Positions 30,039 to 40,444 are shown, counted from the stretch's first letter. The stretch: 64,000 bases of DNA from a bacterium (GCA_046331705.1 JAXLQJ010000003.1:1-64000), one strand, 5' to 3'. Notes: generated by a model from the letters alone, not told the origin. Made by a program: numbers and translations.

Positions 30039-33000
30039 TCAGCGACGGACGTCGAGCCCGGCATCGCACGGGCTGGGTTCAGTCATCGTGCGCTCGACCT
30101 CGCGCCAGTACGGGAGATTGCGAACGACGCGCTGCCGCACCGCCTCGTCGGGCAGCTCGGCGAGCACGCGCGCGAGCGCGCGCTGCAACCGGTCGAGCTC
30201 GACCGGCGCGCGCGGATCGCTCGCCATCGCCAGCGCGCGCCACACCGCGACGTGCGCATCGGGCGGCAGCTCGCTTTCGGCGGCCTCGCGCAGCAGCTCG
30301 TCGGCGCGGGTGCGCGCGGCGACGACGTCGCCACCCGCCAGGTCGAGATCGATCAGGCGCGGCAGCGTCTCGCGCAGGCCGCGAACGCGTCCGGCGGCGC
30401 GATGGCGCGCGACGGCCTCGTCGAGCATCCCACGCGCCTTCACCGTGTCGCCGAGCGCATGCCATGCGCTGGCCTCCACCGCCCACGCTTCGAGCAGGAT
30501 CTCCTCGGCATCGCAGGTGCGCGCCGCGGCCACCGCGCGCGCGGCGCGCTCCCGCTGAGCCACCGCGTCGCCGGCGAGCTCCGCGATCCCCGCCAACGCG
30601 ACCAGCGATGCCGCCTGCTGCCGTGGGACCCCGATCGCGTCGACGACCGCGAGGCTCTCGTGCGCCAGCCGCTCGGCGCCGTCGAGATCGCCCAGCTCGC
30701 GAGCGACCATCGCGCGGCGCGAGAGCAGCGAGCTGCGGTCGATCGCGTCACCCGTGCCGAGCAGCCCGATCGCTTGGTCGAGGCGTTCCGCGGCTTCGAC
30801 CAGTCGCCGCTGGGTGATGCTCGACTCGATGCCGATGAGCCTGAGCTGAAGCTCGTAGCCGGGGTGCCCGCCGCGATCTCTCGACAGGAGCGCCGTGCGT
30901 CGCGCCCACGGAATGCCGGCATCGAGGTGCCGCGAGGCGCTCTCGAAATCACGCTCCGTGACGGCGAGCCACGCGAGCAGCCCATGCGCGAGCGTGGCCG
31001 CCGTCGCCGCGCCGGAGCGCTCGGCGAGCGGCGCGGCCTGCCGTGCCAACGCTCTGGCCTCGCCGGACCTGCCGTTGCGATCGGCGTCGAGTGCTCGTGT
31101 CGCGAGCACGTCGGCCACGAGTGCCTCGTCGCCGGCGGCTTCCGCGAGCGCTGCCATGTCGGCGACCGCCTGATCGCGGCGCTCGGTATGACCCTGGGCG
31201 TCGCCGATCTGATGGCGACGCGAGAGGATCCAATAGCGTCGCTCGAGGTCGCTCTCGAGCGCCGGCTGCGCGAGCGCGCGATCGGAATGCGCCCAAGCCG
31301 CTTCGTAGGCGAAACGGTCCATCGCGTCGCGGGTCGCGCGGCTGAAGTAATCGAGCGCTCGCTCGCTGTCGCCAGCGCGCTCGAAATGCTCGGCGGTCAC
31401 CGCCAGGAACTCGCCAGCGCGCTCGCCGACGCGTTCGGCCAGCCACCGCGCCGCCCGTGCATGACCCTCGCGGCGCGCTGCCTTGAGCACGGTGCCGTAG
31501 GTCACGTCGTGCAGGATGTGATGGGCGAAGCGGAGCTCGGTGCAACCGTCGAAGGCACTCGTCCCGCGAGCTCGCACCAACGCACGCCGCTCGAGCGCCG
31601 GTAGCAGCGCCGCGGCGCCGGCGTCGAGGGCCGCGAGCGCCTCGTCCCAGAACACCGCACCGAGGATGCTCGCCTGCTGCAGCGCCGCCAGCTCGGCCGG
31701 CGGCAGCGCGTCGAGGCGCGCTTGCAGCACGCCGACCAAGGTCTCCGGCACGCGCAGGTTCGCCAGCTCGTCGGGAGAGAACGTCCATCCGTCGGCGCCG
31801 GCACCGATCACGCCATCGTCGATCAGCATCCGTACCAGCTCTTCCATGAAGAACGGGTTGCCGTCGGCGCGCGACACCAGGAGGCGGCGGAGCTCTGGAG
31901 GAGCGTCCGCCAACCGCGCGAGCAACGCCGCGGCCAGCGCTTCGCCGTGGATGGCGTCGAGTGGCGTCAGCGTCACGGTGGTGTGAAGGGTCCGTCCCTG
32001 CATCCACTCGGGCCGGCGTTCCGAGAGCGACGGTCGCGCGAAGGCCAGCAGCGCGACGGACACCTCGCCGTCGGCAAGCTGCTCCACGAAGTCCAGAGAG
32101 CCGTCATCGGCCCAGTGGAGGTCGTCGAGGAGCAGCACCAGCGGCGCGCGCGACTCGTCGGAGGCAAACCGATGGAGCGCCTGACGCAAGGCGCGAAATC
32201 CCAGGTCGCGCAGCGCGCGACCCTCGAGGCCGCGAACGAACGGACTGTCGGGGAACTCGATGCCGATGAGCTGGCCGACGCGTTGCGCCTCGGCTTCACC
32301 CTGCTCACCGAGGAGCGGTGCCAAGCGCTCGACGAGCCGGGCTCTCGCGCTGGCGGCGCTCGCACCGTCGGAGATGCCGAGCCAGCGCGCGACCAGATCA
32401 CGGAGCAAGCCGTAGGGCTGGAGCACGCTCGTGGGATGCGAGCGCGCGAGCAAGGCCGTGGCGCGCCCGGTGAGCCGGGTCTTGAGCTCCTCGACGAGCC
32501 GGCTCTTGCCGAGGCCGGCGTCGCCGATCACCGTCGCCGCGTGGGCTTGCGCCGTCTCGCGTGCCTGCGTCACCGTCGCCAGCAGTCTCGCGAGCTCGGC
32601 GTCGCGACCCACGAGCGGCGGCCGGATCCCCTCGATGCCGCGCCGCGCGGCGAGATCGGCCGAGGAGACGGCGCTCGTGACCAGATACGTCGAGAGGGGC
32701 GCCGCGCTGCCCTTCACCTCGAGCGGCGCTTGCGCTTCCACCTCGAACAGCCCGCGCACCAAGAGCCAGGTGCTGTGAGCGATGCGCAGCCGACCCGCGG
32801 GCGCGTGTTGCTCGAGCCGCGCGGCGATGTGCACCGCGTGGCCCATCGCCGCGTTGTCCGCCTCGGGTCCGGCGCCCAGCAGCACGGATCCGGTATTGAT
32901 GCCCACGCGCGCGGCGAACGAGCTGATCCCGAACGCGCGACGTAGCTCGTCAGCGTGCGATGCGGCGGCAGCCAAGATCGCGAGGCCAGCGCGCACCGCC

Positions 33001-33362
33001 CGTTCGGCATCGTCTTCGCGCGCGTTGTCGGCGCCGAAGATCGCCTTCAGCCCGTCGCCCGTGAAGCGCAACACCTTGCCGCCGGCCTCGGTGACGACCG
33101 CGGCGAATCGCTCGAGTGCCGCGCCGATGATCGTCGCGGCTTCCTCGGCGCCCAGCCGCTCGAGCATCGCGGTGGATCCGGCGATGTCGCAGAAGAGCAC
33201 CGTCACCTGACGCAGCCTGGGCTGCGGCGCGACACGAGCAGGCTCGACGCGCGCCCTGTCGCGAAGCGCCGCGATCGCGAAGTCCACCGCGTCGTTGCCG
33301 AGCGCCGCGCGCTGGGCCTCGAGCGCCGCGACCAGGTGTTCGAGCGAGGGAGCCGGCGGCAT
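30039..33362 (-). CDS. Class III adenylate/guanylate cyclase + AAA/STAND ATPase + TPR-like repeats
   Basis: VTVLFCDIAGST, FTGDGL, RVGINTG, AARLE; LVGRDAEL, Walker A GDAGLGKS, Walker B LLLDDLHWAD, GNPFF; start ATG 33362. Confidence 0.92.
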   Translation of the reverse strand: MPPAPSLEHLVAALEAQRAALGNDAVDFAIAALRDRARVEPARVAPQPRLRQVTVLFCDIAGSTAMLERLGAEEAATIIGAALERFAAVVTEAGGKVLRFTGDGLKAIFGADNAREDDAERAVRAGLAILAAAASHADELRRAFGISSFAARVGINTGSVLLGAGPEADNAAMGHAVHIAARLEQHAPAGRLRIAHSTWLLVRGLFEVEAQAPLEVKGSAAPLSTYLVTSAVSSADLAARRGIEGIRPPLVGRDAELARLLATVTQARETAQAHAATVIGDAGLGKSRLVEELKTRLTGRATALLARSHPTSVLQPYGLLRDLVARWLGISDGASAASARARLVERLAPLLGEQGEAEAQRVGQLIGIEFPDSPFVRGLEGRALRDLGFRALRQALHRFASDESRAPLVLLLDDLHWADDGSLDFVEQLADGEVSVALLAFARPSLSERRPEWMQGRTLHTTVTLTPLDAIHGEALAAALLARLADAPPELRRLLVSRADGNPFFMEELVRMLIDDGVIGAGADGWTFSPDELANLRVPETLVGVLQARLDALPPAELAALQQASILGAVFWDEALAALDAGAAALLPALERRALVRARGTSAFDGCTELRFAHHILHDVTYGTVLKAARREGHARAARWLAERVGERAGEFLAVTAEHFERAGDSERALDYFSRATRDAMDRFAYEAAWAHSDRALAQPALESDLERRYWILSRRHQIGDAQGHTERRDQAVADMAALAEAAGDEALVADVLATRALDADRNGRSGEARALARQAAPLAERSGAATAATLAHGLLAWLAVTERDFESASRHLDAGIPWARRTALLSRDRGGHPGYELQLRLIGIESSITQRRLVEAAERLDQAIGLLGTGDAIDRSSLLSRRAMVARELGDLDGAERLAHESLAVVDAIGVPRQQAASLVALAGIAELAGDAVAQRERAARAVAAARTCDAEEILLEAWAVEASAWHALGDTVKARGMLDEAVARHRAAGRVRGLRETLPRLIDLDLAGGDVVAARTRADELLREAAESELPPDAHVAVWRALAMASDPRAPVELDRLQRALARVLAELPDEAVRQRVVRNLPYWREVERTMTEPSPCDAGLDVRR

Positions 33363-33674
33363 GGCGAAGACTGCGATATCGCTGCTGCGATCGGGGACCG
33401 CGCGTCGACGGCAGCGGGCACGGACACGGACCCGCGGAAGGCGCCGGCCAGCGGCGCGCCGACGGCCGAGACTAGCAGGCGTCGAGCGCGCGGATCGAGC
33501 GTCCCTCACTCCGCACCTCCGCCGCCACCACGAGATCCTCGCCGCAGCCCCAGGCACTCGCCCGCGCCAGGCGTGCTCCGCGGAATCGTCGTGCGGACTG
33601 GTGGAAACCAGTATGATGCTTTCTCGAATCCACCCACCACACGTGGCGGCGATCCGCCACCGAGGATCCCACCG

Positions 33675-35687
33675 ATGCCGAGCCGCGCCCCGACGCTCCC
33701 GCCACGCACGCTCGATGCTCGCCCCGACACGATCGATTTCCGCGACCAGATGTACGTGCCCACGCTGGTCGAGGTGCAGGAGCGGATCCCGCTCGAGCGC
33801 TACCTCGAGCAGCGCGTGCCGATCCTGAATCAGGGACGCGAGGGAGCGTGCACCGGCTTCGGGCTCGCGACCGTCGCGCACTACCTGCTGCGAACGCGCG
33901 ACCTGGATCCCGACCCGGCCGAGGTGAGCACGCGGATGCTCTACGCGATGGCGCGGCGCTACGACGAATGGCCCGGCGAGGCGTACAGCGGCTCGAGCGC
34001 CCGCGGCGCGATGAAGGGCTGGCACAAGCACGGCGTGTGCAGCGCGGCGCTGTGGCCGTACGTCGCGGGCGACGACGGATCCGTCGCCACCACGACCCGG
34101 CTCCGGGACGCGGCGGCGCGTCCGCTCGGCGCCTACTTCCGCGTGAACCACCGCGATCTGACCGCCATGCACGCGGCCATCACCGAGGTGGGCGTGCTCT
34201 ACGTGACCGCCACGGTTCACGGCGGCTGGGAGCAGGTGGGCGCGGACGGCGAGATCCCGTTCGAGGACGAGCCGACCGGCGGGCACGCGTTCGCGATCGT
34301 CGCCTACGACCGCGCCGGGTTCTGGATCCAGAACTCCTGGGGCGAGGACTGGGGCAAGCGCGGCTTCGGCCACCTCACGTACGGCGACTGGCTCGCGAAC
34401 GGATCCGACGCGTGGGTGGCGCGCCTCGGCGCTCCCGTCGAGATCGGCGAGCCCGTACCGGTCACGGCGCGCGCGCGCTCGCGGGGCCGCCGCGAGGGCG
34501 CCGGCGACGTCGATCTCCGCCCGCACATCGTGAGCCTCGGCAACGACGGCCAGCTCGAGCGCAGTGGTGCCTACGCCAGCTCGCCCGCCGACCTCGAGGA
34601 GATCCTCGGCACCGATCTCGTCGAGCGCGTCGCCGCCTGGCCCAGACGCCGCGTGCTGGTCTACGCGCACGGTGGTCTCACCAGCGCGGCGAGCGCCATC
34701 CAGCGCGTCGGCGAGTATCGCCAAGCGCTGCTGGATGCCCAGGTCTACCCGCTGGCGTTCGTGTGGCGCACCGACTTCTGGAGCACCGTGACCCACATCC
34801 TGGAGGACGCCGTCCGCTCGCGCCGTCCCGAGGGCGCGCTCGACGCGGCCAAGGACTTCCTCCTCGATCGCGTGGACGATGGCCTCGAACCGGTGGCGCG
34901 ACTCGCCGGCGGGCGCGCGCTCTGGGACGAGATGAAGGAGAACGCGTTGGCGGCGACGCGCGAGCCCACCGGAGGGGCGCGGCTCGCCATCACCACGCTC
35001 GCGGGGCTCGCCAGCGCGCGCAAGCTCGAGATCCACGTCGCGGGGCACAGCGCGGGAAGCATCTTGCTCGCGCCCGTCGTCCACTGGCTCACGACACCCG
35101 CCGGGCAACCGATCGTCAGCGGTCCCCTCGCCAGCGCCGGGCTCGTGGGGCTCGGCCAGTCGCTCGCGTCGGTGACGCTGTGGGCGCCGGCGTGCTCGGT
35201 CCAGCTCTTCAAGGACTGCTATCTGCCGGGCGTGCGAGCGGGGACGATTCGCAAGCTCCGCCTCTTCACCCTCACCGAGGCCGCCGAGCGGGACGACGAC
35301 TGCGCGCGGATCTACCACAAGTCGCTGCTCTACCTGGTGTCGCACGCGTTCGAGCCGGAGGCTCGCATGCCGTTCGTGCGACCCGACGGGTCGCCGATCC
35401 TGGGCCTCGAGCGCGACATCGTCGCCGACAAGGAGCTCGCGAGGCTCTTCAAGCGCTCGTCGTCCCCGGCGGGGACCGATGCAGTGGCATGGGTCCGCAG
35501 CCCCAACGAGCTCGCGGAGCCATTCGCGTCCACCGCGATGCACCACGGCGATTTCGACGACGACCCGGCCACCGCTCGCTCGCTGCTCGCCACCATCGCC
35601 AGCGTCGAGAAAGGCAAGCGAGCGGCGTTCACGTTCCACCGCACCAGCGCATCGCGCCGCGATCGCAGGCGGCGGCTCGGAGCATGA
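33675..35687 (+). CDS. Papain-family (C1) cysteine peptidase fused to an alpha/beta-hydrolase-like domain
   Basis: NQGREGACTGF (Gln/Cys), GGHAFA, IQNSWGEDWG; C-terminal YAHGGL, VAGHSAG, HHGDFD; no signal peptide. Confidence 0.9.
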   Translation: MPSRAPTLPPRTLDARPDTIDFRDQMYVPTLVEVQERIPLERYLEQRVPILNQGREGACTGFGLATVAHYLLRTRDLDPDPAEVSTRMLYAMARRYDEWPGEAYSGSSARGAMKGWHKHGVCSAALWPYVAGDDGSVATTTRLRDAAARPLGAYFRVNHRDLTAMHAAITEVGVLYVTATVHGGWEQVGADGEIPFEDEPTGGHAFAIVAYDRAGFWIQNSWGEDWGKRGFGHLTYGDWLANGSDAWVARLGAPVEIGEPVPVTARARSRGRREGAGDVDLRPHIVSLGNDGQLERSGAYASSPADLEEILGTDLVERVAAWPRRRVLVYAHGGLTSAASAIQRVGEYRQALLDAQVYPLAFVWRTDFWSTVTHILEDAVRSRRPEGALDAAKDFLLDRVDDGLEPVARLAGGRALWDEMKENALAATREPTGGARLAITTLAGLASARKLEIHVAGHSAGSILLAPVVHWLTTPAGQPIVSGPLASAGLVGLGQSLASVTLWAPACSVQLFKDCYLPGVRAGTIRKLRLFTLTEAAERDDDCARIYHKSLLYLVSHAFEPEARMPFVRPDGSPILGLERDIVADKELARLFKRSSSPAGTDAVAWVRSPNELAEPFASTAMHHGDFDDDPATARSLLATIASVEKGKRAAFTFHRTSASRRDRRRRLGA

Positions 35688-35859
35688 TCTGGCCTCGCGG
35701 TGGTGCGTCGGGGCGGCCACCTCGCGTCGCCCTCGCCCCGCCGCCTCGACCGGCAAACGCCCCTTGCACGAAGCCCCGTGAGCCCCAGACACCGACAGCC
35801 CGTCGATGCCTCGGCACGCGCTCACGGCCGCCAGCTCGCACCGGCACCGCGACGTAGGC

Positions 35860-36466
35860 CGTGGGCCGCGTGGCTCGCCGCCGTCGCGATCGCGGGAGCC
35901 GTCGCCAACGCGCACGCCGCGGCGATCTCGCAGACCGACATCGTCGGCCCGCCCGGGAGCGGTGCGTTCGGCTCCCAGATCGTGCCGCTTCCCAACGGCA
36001 ACGTCGTGGTCACGGACCCGACGTTCAGCGGCGTCGCGAACGGGATCGGCGCCGTCTACCTCTTCGGCGGCAGCACTCAGGATCGCGTGGGCAACTGCGG
36101 CGTCGTGGCGCTCACGAACGGCAACTACGTCGCGCGAGCAGCAGCTGGGACGACGGCGCAACACCGGACGTCGGCGCCGTGACGTGGGTGGACGGCGCGG
36201 CCTCCACGGCGCAGGTCGTGAGCGCCGGCAACTCGCTGACCGGAGCAACTGCCGGCGACATCGTCGGCGCCGGCTACGACACGCTCATCGGCCTCGTCGC
36301 GCTCGCGAACGGCCGTTACGCGGTGGGCAGCGCGTACTGGACCAATCCCGCGGGACCGGTGACCGAGGCCCGCGCCGCCACGCTCGGGGACGGTGACACG
36401 GACACCGTGGGGGTGGTCTCGGCAGCGAACGGCGGGCTCGGCGCATGGACGAAGTCCTTGCCGTGA
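35860..36466 (+). pseudogene. Frameshifted, truncated DUF5650-like repeat secreted protein
   Basis: One frame gives signal peptide + PLPNGNVVVTDP...GAVYLF...VVALTNGNYV; the repeat continues SSSWDDG...GAVTW...NSLTG...ALANGRY in another frame after about 36133. Start approximate. Confidence 0.75.
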
Positions 36467-36667
36467 GGGCGCGCTCCGGCGCGAGCACGACCACGCGACA
36501 CGGACGAGCGGTTCGAGCACCCTCGGCGGGCTCCGCACGCGCTGCACGCGCGCCTCGCGCGCCGCGGTCTTCGCCGTCGCGAACCGCTTGGTCGCGCTTC
36601 GCGCCGGATGCTACCGTTGACGGAGCTTCTTCGCTGTTGCGCGCGCAACCGATCCGAGGAGGGAAGC

Positions 36668-37318
36668 GTGGGATTCCAGATCGTCTGCATCTCGAGGACT
36701 GCCGCCGCCGGCGGCGAGCCCGTGGGACAAGCCGTGGCCGAGCGGCTCGGCTTCCGCTACGTGGACGAGGAAGTGATCGAACGGGCCGCGGAACGCGCGC
36801 GCGTCACCCCGGACGAGCTCAAGTCCGTCGAGCGCAAGCCGTCGGTGATCCGACGCGTGATGGACGCCATCGGCTTGGCGCCGGTGGATCGAGGCAACCT
36901 GGGCGGCCTCGTCCGCAAGCCGCTCGACTACGACTACTACGGCGTGCGTGGTCTGCCGCCGGAGGTTCCGTCCGACCATCGCATGCTGATCCGCCAGGCG
37001 ATCCACGACATCGCGGAGGAGGGACGGGTGGTGATCGTGGCGCACGCCGCGTCGATGGCGCTGGCGGATCGATCGGACGTGCTGCGGGTGCTCGTGACCG
37101 CCTCGCCCGAGGTGCGCGCGGCGCGCCTCAAGCTCGAATCCAGCGAGGCCGCTCGGACCGCCATCACGCGCGACGACGACGGCCGCCGCGACTACCTGCA
37201 GCGCTTCTACGGCATCGCGCAGGAGCTGCCCACCCACTACGACCTGGTCGTGAGCACCGACAAGCTTGCTCCCGAGGACGTCGTCTCGCTGGTGACGAGC
37301 CTCGCCGCGTCCGCGTGA
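36668..37318 (+). CDS. Cytidylate-kinase-like family protein
   Basis: VCISRTAAAGG..VG..VAERLG..YVDEE, VVIVAH, R.DY..RFY...YDLVVST. Confidence 0.88.
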   Translation: MGFQIVCISRTAAAGGEPVGQAVAERLGFRYVDEEVIERAAERARVTPDELKSVERKPSVIRRVMDAIGLAPVDRGNLGGLVRKPLDYDYYGVRGLPPEVPSDHRMLIRQAIHDIAEEGRVVIVAHAASMALADRSDVLRVLVTASPEVRAARLKLESSEAARTAITRDDDGRRDYLQRFYGIAQELPTHYDLVVSTDKLAPEDVVSLVTSLAASA

Positions 37319-37364
37319 TTCGTGCAGCGGCGGTCGCGGCGACGTCGCGATCGCCCGGCCGTGC

Positions 37365-38786
37365 TCAGTCCTTCTCGCAGCCGAGCAGCTGCAGGTAGGG
37401 CAGCCCGGTGCCAGCGGGGTCGGTCACGCCTGAATAGCCAAAGGTGCCGTGGGCGCCGGTATCCCCGTAGCAGCAGCCGCTCACCAGCGCCACGTCGAGG
37501 CTCGGGATCGTCACCTGGCCGCTGAACCCGTGCACGTGCACGCGGTCCTCGCGATTCGCGAGCGCCGGCCCGCCGCGCGTCTCGTAAGGCACGCCGCCCG
37601 GAGGTAAGCCGAGCACGAAGCGGCCTTCGTGCGCGCCCGAGCGGGTCCAGCCCGACGGGCACGCGAGCGCGTTCACGAACGCGAAAGTGCCGCTCGGCAC
37701 CGAGTCGCCCACCACCGCCTGGCCCGCCGGCGGCGGCAGCCGGAAGCTCGCGCGACAGACCAAGAGCTGGAGGTACGGCATCCCGCTCGTCTGCGGCTCG
37801 GTGCGACCGAACGCGTTCGAGTCGTAAACGCCCTTCTTGGCGTGGTTGAAGTTGAGGCCGCCGAGCGCCGCGACCGAGCTCTCGGGAAGCTGAATCGAGG
37901 TTCGCAAGCCGTGCTCGTGGAGGCGATCCTCGCGATTCTCGAGCGCCACCCCCACCGCCGCACCCACGTCGCCTCCCGCTGGCGTCGCCACCAGGAAGCG
38001 CCCGTCGGCGCCGGACATGAGCGAGAAGCCCGCCGGGCAGCTCTGGCGATCGAAGAACATCACCGTGTCGGCGGGATAGGGATGATCATCGACCTCCGGC
38101 AGCGGAGTCGTGACCCGACGCTCGCAGACGAGCTGCTGGATCCGCGGCAGCGCCGCATCGCCGGCGTCGGTGGTGCCCACGAGATCGTAGGCGCCTGCGT
38201 CTCCCAGGCTCGAGTTGCAGCAACCGGTGACCGCGGTGATGCCGGTGCCAGGGACGCTCACGCTGGTCGCGTAGTCGTGATCGTGGACGCGGTCTTCCCC
38301 CTCGGCGAGCGCGTCGCCCACCAGCGCGCCCACGACGGTGCCGTCGGTCTTGCCGACGAGGAAGCGCCCCTTCGCGTCCGTCAGCTCGACCCATCCGGGC
38401 GGGCATTGCGTCCCCGGCAGATACGACACCGTGCCGTCCGGGATCTGCAACGTGTACTCGGGCGTGCGGATCTCGTGGGTGAGCGCGTTCGAGAGCTGGC
38501 CGTGGGCGAGCACCTGGACGATGTAGACGCCGTTCGCTTTGGCGGCCGGCAACGTGGCCTGGATGCGCGCGTCGGCCCAGCTCGTGATGGCGAGGGCGGT
38601 ACCGTCGTACATCACCTGCCCGACCGTGGTGCCGAAGCCGGAGCCCGTGAGGGTGACGAGGGCACCCGCGGGCGCCGGGTTCGGCGCGATCGAGCTCAGG
38701 GTGTGGCAGCCGCTCGCCACCAGGATCGACCAAGCGGCGAGCCAACCCACGCACGCGCCGCGCATCCACCGCTTCTCGTCTCGCAT
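37365..38786 (-). CDS. Lipoprotein: IPT/TIG domain + three phage tail-collar/HxH-like repeats
   Basis: Lipobox ASGC; IPT (VTLTGSGFG...ITSWADARI); 3x P.G...CP.G[WF]...GRF.[VL]...EDR.HxH...P[YR]..L.C. Confidence 0.8.
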   Translation of the reverse strand: MRDEKRWMRGACVGWLAAWSILVASGCHTLSSIAPNPAPAGALVTLTGSGFGTTVGQVMYDGTALAITSWADARIQATLPAAKANGVYIVQVLAHGQLSNALTHEIRTPEYTLQIPDGTVSYLPGTQCPPGWVELTDAKGRFLVGKTDGTVVGALVGDALAEGEDRVHDHDYATSVSVPGTGITAVTGCCNSSLGDAGAYDLVGTTDAGDAALPRIQQLVCERRVTTPLPEVDDHPYPADTVMFFDRQSCPAGFSLMSGADGRFLVATPAGGDVGAAVGVALENREDRLHEHGLRTSIQLPESSVAALGGLNFNHAKKGVYDSNAFGRTEPQTSGMPYLQLLVCRASFRLPPPAGQAVVGDSVPSGTFAFVNALACPSGWTRSGAHEGRFVLGLPPGGVPYETRGGPALANREDRVHVHGFSGQVTIPSLDVALVSGCCYGDTGAHGTFGYSGVTDPAGTGLPYLQLLGCEKD

Positions 38787-38790
38787 GGCC

Positions 38791-40212
38791 TCAGTCCTTC
38801 TCACAACCGAGCAGCGAGAGGTACGGCATCCCCAAGCCGGCGGCGCTGCTGGTGCCCGAATAGCCGAACGTGCCGTTCGCCCCGAACTTGTCGTTGCAGC
38901 AGCCCGGCGCGAGCACGACCTCGCGGTTGGGAACGGTCACGGAGCCGCTGAACGTGTGGGTGTGCTGGCGATCCTCGCCGGGCGCGAGCGGCGCGCCGCC
39001 GCGGGTCTCGTAGGGCACGCCTCCGCCCGCCGGCGGCAGCAATCCCACCGGGAACCGGCCCGCGTGCAAGCCCGAGCGCGTCCAGCCCTCAGGACAGGTA
39101 TCGAGATCGAAGTACGAAAACGTCTTCGACGGCAGCGGATCGCCGGTGATGGGCTCGCCCGCAGGCGGCGCCGGCCGATCGATGGCCTTGCACGCGAGCA
39201 GCTGGACGTAGGGCACGCCCGCGGCGGAGGCGCTGGTGACACCCGAGAAGGTCTTGGTCCCCTTGGGCGCGCGCCCATTGCTGCCGCTCGCCGCGGCCAG
39301 GCTTTGCTGGGGCACCTCGATCGACGCCGAGAACGTGTGCGAGTGGCCGCGGTCCTCGCCACTCGCGAGGGGGGTCCCGACCGTCTCTCCCACGGTTCCG
39401 CCGATCGGCGTGGGCAGCAGGAATCGGCCGTTCGCCTCGCCCATGAGCTGAAAGCCGTCGGGGCATCCTTCGCGATCGAAGAGCACCACCGAGCCGTTCG
39501 GGAAGGCGTGATCGTCGACGGTCGGAGGCGGTGCTTCGACGACCCGCTGACACGCGAGCTGGGCGATCCGCGGCGGACCCGCCGGCGCGGCAGCGGTGGT
39601 GCCGCTCACCGGCTGCGCGCCGTCGCTTCCAACGTCGGTGCAGCAACCCGTGAGCCCCGCGACTCCCGTCGAGCCGATGTCGACGCTGGTCGCGTAGCCG
39701 TGCGCGTGAGTGCGGTCCTCGCCTTGCGCGAGCGGTGCTCCCACCGTGAGCCCCACCTGCGTCCCGTCGGTGCGCCCGACCAGGAAGCGCCCCTGCGCAT
39801 CCACCACCGGCTGCCAGCCGGCGGGACAGCTCGTGCCGGCGTGGAACGCGACCGCGCCATCGGGCACCAACACCTTCCAGGTTCGCGCCGCGATCGTATG
39901 CGTGACGGCGTTCGAGAGCTGACCGGCCACTTGGACCTGGACGGGATACGTGCCGTCCGCCTTGGGATCGGGGAGGGTCGCGTCGATCTGGGTATCCGAC
40001 CAGCTGGTGATCGCGAGCGGCGCGCCGTCGTAGAGCACCTGGCTCGCGCCCTGCGTCGTGCCGAAGCTCGTGCCCGTGAGCACCACCGCATCCCCCGCTT
40101 GCGCGGGATCGGGGGCGATCGATTCGACCGTGGGCGCGCAGCCGGCGGCGAGCCACGCGAGGCACGCGGCGAGAACGTACGAGCGATGCGCGCGATTCGG
40201 GACACGAAGCAT
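38791..40212 (-). CDS. Paralogous lipoprotein: IPT/TIG domain + three tail-collar/HxH-like repeats
   Basis: Lipobox AAGC; same architecture; identical C-terminus LLGCEKD; RBS GAAGGGA. Confidence 0.8.
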   Translation of the reverse strand: MLRVPNRAHRSYVLAACLAWLAAGCAPTVESIAPDPAQAGDAVVLTGTSFGTTQGASQVLYDGAPLAITSWSDTQIDATLPDPKADGTYPVQVQVAGQLSNAVTHTIAARTWKVLVPDGAVAFHAGTSCPAGWQPVVDAQGRFLVGRTDGTQVGLTVGAPLAQGEDRTHAHGYATSVDIGSTGVAGLTGCCTDVGSDGAQPVSGTTAAAPAGPPRIAQLACQRVVEAPPPTVDDHAFPNGSVVLFDREGCPDGFQLMGEANGRFLLPTPIGGTVGETVGTPLASGEDRGHSHTFSASIEVPQQSLAAASGSNGRAPKGTKTFSGVTSASAAGVPYVQLLACKAIDRPAPPAGEPITGDPLPSKTFSYFDLDTCPEGWTRSGLHAGRFPVGLLPPAGGGVPYETRGGAPLAPGEDRQHTHTFSGSVTVPNREVVLAPGCCNDKFGANGTFGYSGTSSAAGLGMPYLSLLGCEKD

Positions 40213-40444
40213 GGTGAGATTCCCTTCCCCTTCAGCGGGCGGCGAGCGGCCGAGAACTCTCCCCACGGACTGGCCCCGAGGGCGCCGGCCCGGCGAGCGA
40301 TACCCAGCGAACGCGTGTGTTTCGATCGTACCATCGCGCCACCGCACGGCGCACCCGCGCCGCCGCGCTCGATGTCAACTACGCTTGCGAATGGTCGACG
40401 TGCGGCGCAGCGAGCGTGCCGCCCGTCCCGCCGTGGAGGCGCGC

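Noticed and set aside
30039-36248. 2069-aa giant protein
   Set aside because: The part above 33362 is the antisense shadow of the C1 peptidase; only the cyclase-ATPase part has motifs.
37365-40212. Prophage or contractile injection system
   Set aside because: No capsid, sheath, tube or baseplate genes, and the proteins have lipoprotein signals.
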